Of a DNA stretch of 64,000 bases, positions 12,241 through 23,759 are shown piece after piece. How positions within the stretch are numbered: position 1 is the first letter of the stretch; the number at the start of each line of letters is the position of its first letter. The translations under genes were made by a program, and so were the position numbers. Below the pieces are notes generated by a model. It saw nothing but the letters and a program-made list of their open reading frames with translations. It had not been told where the DNA came from and made no database searches. Origin of the DNA: Octopus sinensis. Its lineage: Eukaryota. The stretch is from NCBI RefSeq assembly GCF_006345805.1, contig NC_043006.1:6448001-6512000 (forward strand), in the 5' to 3' direction.

Positions 12241-13859
12241 ACATGCACACCTAAACACTCGTTCGCGCTTCAGATAATTCCCGCTTTTTCAACTCAGTTC
12301 GTTTCACAAAGACAACTGCAATAGTATTCGTTCACTTTAATCATTGTATTTTCTCAGGTAAAATTAAATGATGTTAGAAATCATATTTATGATCAATGCC
12401 TGACAATTAACATATTCATCTCTATTTCTATATTCCTTTCTTTCTCTTCATATATATGCACACATATAAGTATATTTGGTCCACAGGCTCGTGTTTAAGT
12501 ATTTCTTGTTTGTCTTTCACGACTCATCTGCAATTCCTGCTCCAATTGTCTATCATCAGATATTATTCGCAGACGGACAGATATATTTTGCAACTATTAA
12601 TATCCATACGTGGCAAATTGTTTAATGTTCGAGCTAGAACATTCTGAAGCCTCACATCTTCGAAACGTAACCCGTGTGGCTGCAATGATTTATTTTCATC
12701 TTGATATAAAAGCAGCGATTTAGAAAGAGCTTTTCCTCATACAAACGGAATCACCCTTGCTGCAATATTCCGTTTTCACTCGTGCATAGCGGCAGAGCTT
12801 TTGACACAACGCTGTCGTCTTTACATAAAAAGATAATTACTTATCTCTCATCTCTTTAGTTAAAAGTGAGTGGCTTCAAAATTTCGACAACTACTCATGG
12901 AACGTCTGCTACATCTTTTGTATAGATATTTTGATTTTAATCATGTCCAGTAGGCGTCTTCTAAGTAAAATATGTCATATCTAAAGCTATTGAAAAGAAT
13001 TGTATTACACAGAATACGTCTTCAATGATGTGATTTCGTTAGTTTGTGTTATTTTCATAAATTGCCCATGGGACGTTGGACATATTTCCCAGAACACACA
13101 AGATTTCTTGCAAATCATTTCATCTCAATTCATTTATGTTGTATATTGTTACATGATTCATAGTGTAGCGCTTGAAATTTTGTATGCATAAATACACATA
13201 AGCATACGTGCTTACATCTTTACAGATACACACATATAAGAATGATGGAATCTGCTTATCTTACACGTTCGTAGATTTATGAATCCAAATTTGGTTTTCT
13301 GAAGATGATATTCTTTATTTCGTTTAAAAGTAATGTATGGTTCTCATAATACTAACGTTTCTCTTCCATCATTTATATAGAATGTTTTCTATTTCTTTGA
13401 ATTTTGAATTACTACCATGGCAAGTGTTGCAGTCGGGTGCCACGCAGGCATAGGCGATGCTGTTGGAAAGGTGTGCAAGGTATGTGTGGCTATCAGTTTC
13501 ACACAGAGTTCTAATACTCTCTAAAGAAAGATGTGTGGTTCGAGTATCTGATTTATGGCAAATCTTTTTACTTTACTAATATTTCCGAAATTTTATGTAT
13601 TACTTTTTTCATATCAGAAAGCTAAATCTTGCAACATGCATTCCACTATTTTGAAGTGTGTTCACATGTTCATTATAAAAAGAACACTTCAAGTTTAAGG
13701 ATGATAGCGCTAGCAAAAATAACATTGCTATAGTACGGAAAACGCGACCTCACTCCAAATAAATCGTCCCAGAAAGAGTGGCCTTGGTCTGTCGATAAAA
13801 TGTAGCACACGAACCTCTTTCTCCAGTTTTACAGTTATGGACTAATAGGCCATTAAAAA

Positions 13860-15420
13860 ATTCGGGCGTTAAGCCTCTTAAACACAATAACATACAATAA
13901 ACATTAAACATTATACAATAAACATTATAACACTGGGGCTTTTCAACCTCTTGTCACTATTCCTCCCCAACATCGCTTGTGCCGTATACTCCGCCATCGC
14001 CCACGTCTCATTCAGACCAAGGCGAGATCCGAGTCGACGTCGCCCGGCCACAAGCGATGTCTCTCATTGAGACCCTGCGGCCTATACGACGCGGACAACG
14101 TTATGATCTCCACAACTATCTGCGGAGGCCATTCCAGATCCTGTGTGAAGGTTAAAGGTACTCCCTTATGGTGCTTCTCCACCACCTCTTATACTTCTCC
14201 GCCTCTGGAGAAGAAGACCAATAATTCGTCTTCCTCCGGGTTCGAGGTAGTCAATTCTACCGTTGGTGGAACAATTCCCCCAACGGTGTCTTTTCAGCTG
14301 CCGGTGGCACAACCCCTACCGGTGGCACAACCCCTGCCGGTGGCACAACCCCTGCCGGCAAGGTTCCGGGAAATTTCGGTGCTATGTCACCGACTGCCGG
14401 CAATGTCCCGTTTCTCTTCCTTTTCCTCTTTTTTTCCTTCAACTGAGGGAGGGTGCGTCCCCTCCGTAAGCGGGAGTTTCGCCTCCCCTCCCTCACCCCT
14501 AAGATCCTTCGGTGAGCACACACTGTTACTCACCTTCTTCCTCTTGCGGCCCTTCTTTGAGGAGTCCTCCGTCTCCTCGGCTGCCTTCGTTCCTTCTTCT
14601 ACGGAGGTCTCAATCAACTGCTCCAGGAATTTGCTCCTCAGTACAGTTGTTCTTTATATGACCAGGCTCCAGGCACCGATGACACCTGGGGGTTTGACCC
14701 TCAAGAAACCTGCACCCGGCCATTTTCAAAAAATCTGGCATAACCAGATTCATAGCTGATAGGGTCCACAGGGTCAAAACAGCTTTTGCCCCAACCCAAT
14801 CAGCCGCAGGAAGAATTTTGACATTGAGGAGTCTGGCTCCGCTGCTACCCAGACTCCGACGGATAGTATCCGCTATCCACTGGGGTCCAATTCCGGGTGG
14901 TAAAACACAGACCCAGGCCCTCGTCAATTTTTTTCCCCACAATAAGTGGGAACAAACAAAATAAATTTACCCTCAAAGGACTGGCTCGCAAAACTGCGAG
15001 TCTCCTCTGGGGTGTCAAACAGCAACCACATCGTTGCATATTTGACACCCCAAGAGATATACTTAATGGTTGGCAGATGTTCCACCAACTCCTGCTCAAT
15101 CATCTGCCTGGAGAAGACGGCAATGGTGTCGAGAACCTTCGAATACGTTCTCAAAACCACCGTCCTCTCCTCATGCTGTTTGAGCCACTCCTTAAGTGGG
15201 GCAATCTCCCATTCTACAATCTTATCCGTAGGTTTTGCCATGTTTAATATTAAAAAGTAAAAAGTTCAAAAAATAGGTCACAAATTTCAAAAAGAAAAGA
15301 GAGAAATCAAAAGGAAACAAAAGGGGAGAAAAGAAAAAGCAAACAGTTCACTAAGAGAGTCACAATAGAAGAAAAAAACAACAACAGTTCAGCAAAACAC
15401 AGCAAAACAAATAGTCTGGG
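13860..15420 (-). mobile_element. ORF1-only (HAL1-like) retroelement, copy 1, frameshifted
   Basis: ORF-track pieces 14924-15241, 14610-14942, 14387-14617 and 14257-14523 join into one protein collinear with 19891-20874. CCHC knuckle CHRCLEPGHIKNNC. No ORF2 follows. Boundaries are approximate. Confidence 0.75.
14297..14360. repeat. 18-bp tandem repeat (CTGCCGGTGGCACAACCC) x about 3 inside ORF1
   Basis: Directly visible. Encodes AGVVPP repeats on the minus strand. Confidence 0.9.
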
Positions 15421-15534
15421 CATTCAGGTACTCCAAGCCCAATGGTACTCTGATTAGAACCTGGAGGATATATCAGCCGAAACGTTGTGCTAGCAACAAA
15501 CATGATGAAGACAAATATTCGTCAAATGTAAATA

Positions 15535-15937
15535 GGCGCAGGAGTGGCTGTGTGGTAAGTAGCTTGTTTACCAACCACATGGTTCCGGGTTCAGACCCAC
15601 TGCGTGGCACCTTCAGCAAGTGTCTTCTACTATAGCCTCGGGCCGACCAAAGCCTTGTGAATGGATTTGGTAGACGGAAACTGAAAGAAGCCCGTCGTAT
15701 ATATGTATATGTATATATGTATGTATGTGTATGTGTGTGTCTGTGTTTGTTCCCCTAGCATTGCTTGACAACCGATGCTGGTGTGTTTATGTCCCCGTTA
15801 CTTAGCGGTTCGGCAAAAGATAGAATAAGTACTGGGCTTACAAAGAATAAGTCCCGGGGTGGAGTTGCTCGACTACAGGCGGTGCTCCAGCATGGCCACA
15901 GTCAAATGACTGAAACAAGTAAAAGAGTAAAAGAGTA
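15535..15937 (+). mobile_element. SINE family A
   Basis: Full head, core and tail match. Confidence 0.9.
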
Positions 15938-15939
15938 AT

Positions 15940-16900
15940 GTATTTTCATTACTGTTTCTTGTCTGTCGTGTCATGGATTTGAAGTTTGCATTGGCATTTA
16001 TTTTACCATATATTTCTTTGGGTTTAAGATGGATATTGTTCTTTACAACGTATTGATGTTCTAAATAATTATGTTTTTCCCTTACATTAAGAATTGGTGT
16101 ATTTAATTTTGGAGCTATTTTCATTCTGTCTTTCATTCGTCTGTTCATTTGTGTTGCAGTTTTCTCCAAATACCTTCTCAATTAAATGGTTCTTGTATTT
16201 CCTTTCCATTGTGCAGTTATCTAGTTTTCGTTTTTCCACAATACATTTATGTTTGTATTATCTATTATAAACAAAATTATAGTTAATTGTTATCCTATTC
16301 AACTATTCTCATTTTCTTAGCTTTGATTTGTTCCTGATCTCTTAGATGTAATACTTTGCTGGAGGGCCTGTTTTTACAAGTTTCACGGTTTTCAAAATAT
16401 TGGTTTATCAGTGATCTTTTATAATCTCCAACTAACTCGTCGCCATGTATAACATTGTTGACTGTAGCAGGAATAGAGCATTAGCGACACCACGAACTTT
16501 GGGTAAAGTAATCGCCCCATAATTCTTGTCTCTTATACCAAATTGCCACTGTTTTCTTTGCGGAAATTTTTATTAAAATTATACAATACAATTGTGGTTT
16601 ATTTAGCTTTGGTATAGATTATTACATTTGGGGTTTGTTTGTGCGCGTCGTTCCCAGGCTCCATTAACTATTCTAAATGATGTTGATACAGAAGGAATTC
16701 TCAGTGTCACCATTATCACTGTATTTCAGATTTTCAAATATCGGATTAATCTTCCGGCTATCTAGTTCACAATGTAAAATGTATTTCCCAATATTTTCCT
16801 ATTGTGTTTTTCGATTAAATGAAACGTTGATTTTTTTCTTACAAGTCTAATATAATTTGTAGGTTTAGATCATACCATTTCAATACTCATATACTCTTAT
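15940..16900 (-). pseudogene. Highly decayed reverse-transcriptase-like remnant, possibly Penelope-like
   Basis: Minus-strand ...RIMG(R/D).. and TACATGG(A)CGAC, which reads YMDD after a 1-bp repair. Many stops. Confidence 0.3.
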
Positions 16901-17259
16901 TTATTGCCGAAGGTAGTCACAGTTTACTGGTTATTCAAACTTGTTGTTTTCAAAATTTGTAGACCAACTTCCTATTCCCCGTTTTCAGATCAACGCTAAA
17001 TGTCATTGATGTACAGTTATAGTTTTTTATTACAATCACCATCTTGTGAACAACTCAAATACTCGTCAGATTTTTCCCCGTTTTTTTTTTTCCGGGGATT
17101 AGTAACTGGGATCTGGGAAAAGGGAAATCCATAACTTTTCCGTTCTATTAAAATGCTGTTTATAATTAATAAGGATGTGTACATCCGATTTTCACAATCT
17201 GTTACACCGAAACTGATGACAGCTTCTTTTACATCTGAATATTGTCTTTGTGTGACACT

Positions 17260-17330
17260 CATTTAGCTGTCATACCTTTATGCGGCACATTTAGCTGCCC
17301 TACCTTTATGCGGCACATTTAGCTGTCATA
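17260..17330. repeat. 28-bp minisatellite x2.5
   Basis: CATTTAGCTGTCATACCTTTATGCGGCA repeated. Confidence 0.9.
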
Positions 17331-19088
17331 TGAGAACATTGATATTTATTTTGTTCATCCGCTTGTTATGACGCTCAAGTTACTGTGATCTTAGAGAGTG
17401 ATGTCTCATATGCAATGGACTGTCTTTATTTTACCTCGCCAGACGAACGTAGCTATGTTAATGGAGACAACGTTGGGTGCAGCCTATTTCTTGTTGCCTT
17501 AAACGAGTTACTTATTTCTAGGGAAACTAATGTTTTGTCTAAATCTGTTTTTAGCAATTTAGGACACATGGTATGATTACGAAGGTAGCAGTCCTCGAGA
17601 GCCTATACAATACACCCTTACATATATGCGTGTGTATGTGTGTATGTGAGTCTATATATATATATATGTGTGTGAGCGTGTGTGTGTTTGTGTCTGTGTG
17701 TGCGCGCGCGTGAGTGTTGTGTATATACATACACAGAGATAGACAATGAGGCAGACGAACAGAAAAAATGTATACATTAAAATGCATATATTCATTATAA
17801 ACGCACATTCTGCAAAAAGCTTAGTAAAATGTTTTGTCTAAAGTGTATGTAACGTCTCCATAATGCATCAAAAGACACAATACGAAATAAATCATCAATA
17901 GGCATCAACACTTAGGAGCATAGCAATTTGAATATATTAGTGAATGTAACAAGTGAGAGAGTGAATTAATAACAGCAGAGCGGTATAAAGTCAGTTTAGG
18001 TCAGTTTAAAAATTAATCTCCTTTGAGACCAATATTCAATAAAGCTAGGAAGATGAATGTTGACACACTCCATACTAAACTGTATTCCTAATCTCTATGT
18101 GAAAGAGAAATCTATATACTGATCAGGACAAAATCTTAGTAATATATTTCTATAGGAAAATATTGAAATCTAGAGAATACAAACTTTAAATGCACAATAT
18201 TAGGAAAGTGTAAGAGATAATGCATACATTCCATTGTGTTGTATATATATATATCGGTCGGAATCAAAGGCCAAACGTCTATAAAGACTCTATCGATCAG
18301 AAAACTACTATATCAACTTGAAGAGTTCCAATGAAATGAAATTCCTATTAATGACCATTTGTACAAATATGAAACGTTGAATTAATAACTACAGTGTGAT
18401 AAGTTGAATGTATCTGATATAAATAGAGTCGAGATAACGACAGAGGATAATATATGACTGCAGGCGATCATATATACGGCAATATTCGTTGATAATTATT
18501 TGAAAGTAATTTGCTTTAGATATAAACCACGGAAAAAATATAGATGAACATTTATATATGAAAATTTGTGTAAGTTAAGATACTAATATAGTTGATAAGT
18601 CGGTGTCTTAATGAATATATGGATATGGATAAATGAAATTATTGATATCAATCCCACATTACGTAAATTCAGAAAAAGTGACAAAATCTATTAGTTCTCA
18701 GTGGAATACCACTAATTGGTACTAATCTATATATTAGGATGTGAAAATGTCTCAAATGCATAAAATATTCACCATTAATACATATTGGTTTCGTTATGGG
18801 ATACGTTATATTTTGCTGAATACAAAAAAGCAATATGGTGTACGAAAGCAGACTCTGCGTCGATGGAAATAGGAAATTGATTAAGTAAGGATGAGTTTAT
18901 GGGAGAGCATTGGCGTCTAAAAACGAATACCCGAAGAATAATGTCTTGTTATTGAAGCAAGTTATTAGGTTTAAAATTATAAAAGCTAGTATTTATAATT
19001 GTGTGTGTGTGTGTGTGTGAGTGTGTGCTTCTTTGTGTATATAACTATGTTTTCCATAAATGCAAATGCATGTGTACACAGAAATATG

Positions 19089-19235
<147 letters not shown>

Positions 19236-19244
19236 ACATACATA

Positions 19245-19282
19245 GGCGTAGGCGTGGCTGTGTGGTAAGTAGCTTCTTACCA
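19245..19282 (+). mobile_element. 5' part of a SINE family A copy split by the ORF1-only element
   Basis: GGCGTAGGCGTGGCTGTGTGGTAAGTAGCTTCTTACCA. The SINE resumes at 21331. Confidence 0.85.
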
Positions 19283-21330
19283 GACAGACGTGTTTTTTGG
19301 GCTGCTCCAAAAGTCACGTGTTGCTACGTGAATTATTGAACTTTTGTTGAACTTTTTGACTCGACGACAGGTAGGCGTTTTATATTTTTAGGAGCTTAGT
19401 GAGGTTTATTGCTTGCTTTTAATGTTTTTAGCATTTAGTGTTATTTAGCATTAATATTTTTTAGCAGGTAATAGACTTCACTTTGTTCCAGGTATTTTTT
19501 CCTGCCTGTTGTCGGGTATAAAGACTCACTTTGCAGTGAGAATTGTGTTTTTTGAGGAGGCGTAGCCCCTCCTCAAAAATTAATTCAAATTGGATTTACC
19601 AAGAAGCACAAAGGATATTCAAGGACTGTTTTTTTGGATTTACCAAGAAGCACCAAGAGTAACCAAGGACTGTTTTGGACGCTTGGCTAGGAGTACCTTT
19701 TCGGCCAAAAAATTAATTTCTTTGCCAAATTTGAACTCTCTTCCTTCCAGCTATCTTATATTTAAAGAAGAACTCTTTTTGAACTGTCATTTTTATTGTA
19801 ATTCTTCTCTTCTGTTGTGTTTTCTCTTCTCACTCTTTCTATCGTATTTATTTTTACACCTGTTGAACTTTTATTGGATTCCGTTACAAAATGGCAAAGG
19901 AACTTATTGTGTGGGACCTAGCACTTCCCAAAAAATACTTGAAGGAGCTAGAGGACAAGACCGTGGTGTTGAGGACTTATTCAAAGTCGCTCAACACCAT
20001 AGCTATTTTTCCAAAGGCAACTATCATTAACGAGCTGGCAGACTATATGCCAGTCGTTAAATACATTGCACGGGGAGTCAAATACGCAACGGTTTGGTTG
20101 CTGTTTGACTCCCCTAAAGCAGCTTGCGACTTTGCAAGCAAGCCCATTGAGGGCAAGGAGATTTTGTTTCTCCCTAACTACAAGGAGGGAGAAAAATTGC
20201 TGAGAGCGTGGATCTGCGGCCTACCACCCGGCATTGAACCCGAGTGGATAGAGGACTCTATCCGCCGGGGTCTGGGTGGTAGCAGCACCAAGCTCCTAAA
20301 TGTGAAAATACAGCCTGCGGCTGATTGGGAGGGGTCAAAGGCCACTTTGACCCTATGGACCCAATCAGCCAAAAGTCTGGTCTTGCCGGACTTTCTGAGG
20401 ATGGCCGGGTACAGGTATCCGGTGTTGCTTGAGGGACGCCCCACCAAGTGTCATCTGTGTCTGGAGACCGGCCACATTAAGAAGAACTGCCCCAGGGACC
20501 AAAGTAGGATCCTGGAGCAGTTGATATCGGAGCCTCTCCCTGCCCCCCCAATGGAGGGAGAGAAACAGAGTGAGGAAGCAAAGACTTCCTCTAAAAGAAA
20601 AAGAAAAGTGGGGAGCAATGGCGACCCACCAAAAGACCTGGAAACTGCGGGAGAAGAGAACCCGGTGTGTGCAACTCCGGAACCTCAACCTCCCGTGGCC
20701 CAAGGCAAAAAGAAGAAAAAAAAGAGAAACGGAACGCCGCCGGCGGATTGTGATACGCAGACGGCGTCTCCCAAGTCTTCTCAGGCGGGTGTGCCGCCTG
20801 AGGGACAATTTGTGGAAAATTTGTGCTCCTCTTTTTCAAAGGAGGAGCAGTGGAAAATACAGTGCGTAAAATGAGAAAGGGAGGCCATTGGGAGGGACTT
20901 CGGTCCTGCACGGAGGACCCCGAGTGGCCTTCGCAGCTGGCTGCGGAGGTCATGGGGAGGGGTAATCTAGGCAGGATCGTGGGTTCCTTCCCGATGGACT
21001 CATTCCAAATTATACCTTTGGACCACGACCTGACCAGCGATTATTGCCTCGGTGAGGCAAGAGCGATGGTCGGCCGGGTTACATAGGCCTATTGAACATT
21101 TTGTATTGTACTGAAAAAGAGGTTTATTGCCTCTTTTAAAATTTGTAATAATTTATTGAATTTTTTGTCAAATTTTGAAAAAAAAGAACAATGTCTTAGA
21201 GAAGCGAAAGTCGGCGGGCGCTTTCGTCTTCTCCCATCACCATCTTCATCCATCACCATCATTCTTTAATGTTTTTTGTCCAGCACGCAGCTACTCTTTG
21301 TACTGCCCTAGTGGCAAATCTTATGAAATA
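19283..21330 (+). mobile_element. ORF1-only (HAL1-like) retroelement, copy 2, about 2.05 kb, TSD-flanked
   Basis: TSD AAGTAGCTT(C/GT)TTACCA at 19267-19282 and 21331-21347. About 600 bp 5' UTR, then ORF1, then a 3' UTR ending in TGAAATA. No RT or endonuclease. Confidence 0.85.
19891..20874 (+). CDS. Gag-like/L1-Tx1-type ORF1 nucleic-acid-binding protein, 327 aa (putative RRM-like region, CCHC knuckle, Lys-rich region); true C-terminus probably in frame 20823-21086
   Basis: CX2CX4HX4C = CHLCLETGHIKKNC; basic KKKKKKR tract. The C-terminal block LLFFKGGAV..TEDPEWPSQ matches copy 1 LLVFFSRGGEV..TQDLEWPPQ, implying a frameshift near 20820-20870. Confidence 0.8.
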   Translation: MAKELIVWDLALPKKYLKELEDKTVVLRTYSKSLNTIAIFPKATIINELADYMPVVKYIARGVKYATVWLLFDSPKAACDFASKPIEGKEILFLPNYKEGEKLLRAWICGLPPGIEPEWIEDSIRRGLGGSSTKLLNVKIQPAADWEGSKATLTLWTQSAKSLVLPDFLRMAGYRYPVLLEGRPTKCHLCLETGHIKKNCPRDQSRILEQLISEPLPAPPMEGEKQSEEAKTSSKRKRKVGSNGDPPKDLETAGEENPVCATPEPQPPVAQGKKKKKKRNGTPPADCDTQTASPKSSQAGVPPEGQFVENLCSSFSKEEQWKIQCVK

Positions 21331-21718
21331 AAGTAGCTTGTTTACCAACCACATGGTTCCGGGTTCAGTCCCACTGCGTGGCACCTTGGGCAAGTGTCTT
21401 CTACTATAGCCTCGGGCCGACCAAAGCCTTGTGAGTGGATTTGGTAGACGGAAACTGAAAGAAGCCCGTCGTATATATGTATATATATATCTATGCGTGT
21501 GTGTGTTTGTGTGTCTGTGTTTGTCCCCCTAGCATTGCTTGACAACCGATGCTGGTGTGTTTATGTCCCCGTTACTTAGCGGTTCGGCAAAAGAGTCCGA
21601 TAGAATAAGTACTGGGCTTACAAAAGAATAAGTCCCGGGGTCGAGTTGCTCGATTAAAGGCGGTGCTCCAGCATGGCCGCAGTCAAATGACCGAAACAAG
21701 TAAAAGAGTAAAAGAGTA
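21331..21718 (+). mobile_element. 3' part of the split SINE family A copy
   Basis: Resumes within the duplicated target. Full tail ending in (GAGTAAAA)n. Confidence 0.9.
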
Positions 21719-22260
21719 TACATATACATACACATAAATACACATTTATCTCTCTCACTCTCTCTCTCTCGCTATATATGTATAAGTATACATATAAAGA
21801 TACACACATAACCATACACAAATATCACCAACATTTCATGCATTTTATGTTGTCACTAAAGCGTTGACTATGTATTCATGTCCGGAAATCTAAACAATAG
21901 CAAATAAACAGACACCCTGCGCCACCACCGCTTCCTACTCATGCGCCTAATAACCAGTCCTTCCCCAAAAACGTTAAACCCTAAATTCAAGCCAGCACGC
22001 ACACAAATTCAAATGATTTCGCCCTCCCACCAAAAACTGTGGAATGAATTTCAGGGCTTATAAATCTAATATTCTCCTATCCTTCCTTAATACCGATTCC
22101 CACATGCTGCTCATATCGGCACTCGATCTGCTTAAGAGGTTGTTGTGTCCTAGCATATGTGCTGCTTCTTTTAGTTTTCGTATTTTCTAGTGGTGTTCTC
22201 TGCATATTATTTTAACTTGTTTTAACCACCTACTCCTGAGGGATACTGCAGCACGGAATT

Positions 22261-22309
22261 TTGTCAGTGAACAGGTCGCGGTCTCAAAGCGACGAAAATA
22301 TTTTGGCAA
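22261..22309 (+). ncRNA. Candidate minimal type-I hammerhead ribozyme, G3:C8 core variant
   Basis: Stem I TTGTCA/TGGCAA; core GTGAACA plus an extra G; stem II GTCGC/GCGAC; GAAA; palindromic stem III AATATT; cleavage triplet UUU. Confidence 0.55.
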
Positions 22310-22389
22310 ATTAAATTTAAATGTTGAAGTGAATCTAACGGTTTTTGCGTGTGTCTTAAATGGCTTATAAACACCTTCCACTCTGCAAT

Positions 22390-22900
<511 letters not shown>

Positions 22901-23360
22901 CACGTATAAATAAATATCGAATGATTTATATTCAGAATACGTGATATACGCCGTGCCTTTCTTTTTCTGTGGATGTTTTACCGATGACAATAAATTAATA
23001 TGACATTTCCCACTAAAAGCATTAAATTCTAGCATAGTGAGAATTATATTAATTCAAACAAATTAAAAGACTGTGTAGAAAAATACTTATAATTACCGTT
23101 GTGCACAGAGATATATTGAACTGACCTTAGGTAACCGTATTTTGGCATTTTATGCCTACGCGCACGATACGTTTTACGTTCACTCACGTGAATGTAACGC
23201 ACAAGCAGATGTATAGATAGAAACCAAATGCTTAACATTGATATAAAATTCGCTCTCGTGAATGAAAACAACTGATACTCATTAAACATGTGCATAATCA
23301 CTTTTGGGTCTTGCTAAAAGGCAGTTCTGTAAAGAGTAACGAAATGCAATTTATAATATA

Positions 23361-23759
23361 CTAGCAGTATCGCCCGGCGTTGCTCGGGTTTGTAAGGGAA
23401 ATAACTATATAAGCATTTTTAGAGAGTTATAGCCAAAAAATAGCAAAAAATGCATTAAAAATGGAAAAAATATTATGGTAAATTTTTTTTTAAATCGTTG
23501 ACTCATCGTAGACATTTTTAGAGAGTTACCCCCCTTATATAATAGCGAAAAAAATGCATTAAAATGGAAAAAATTGATGGTAATTTTTTTTTTTAAATCG
23601 TAGACTCATCGTAGATGCGCGCTAATACCCAGAAGGGCTCGATGTGAATCACGACTATAAGATACCCGCTTTTGGTTAAACTGCACCGCAAAATGTGGGA
23701 GTAAGGAATCTAAATCGTAGGAGACAGATAGCACACAACCTCACTTTTATATATAAAGA
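23361..23759 (-). mobile_element. Non-autonomous Helitron
   Basis: On the minus strand: 5'-TC, 3'-CTAG, subterminal hairpin CCCGAGCAACGCCGGG, inserted between A and T, no TSD. Confidence 0.88.

Noticed and set aside
13977-14759. 260-aa plus-strand ORF
   Set aside because: Antisense shadow of the GC-rich ORF1 on the minus strand.
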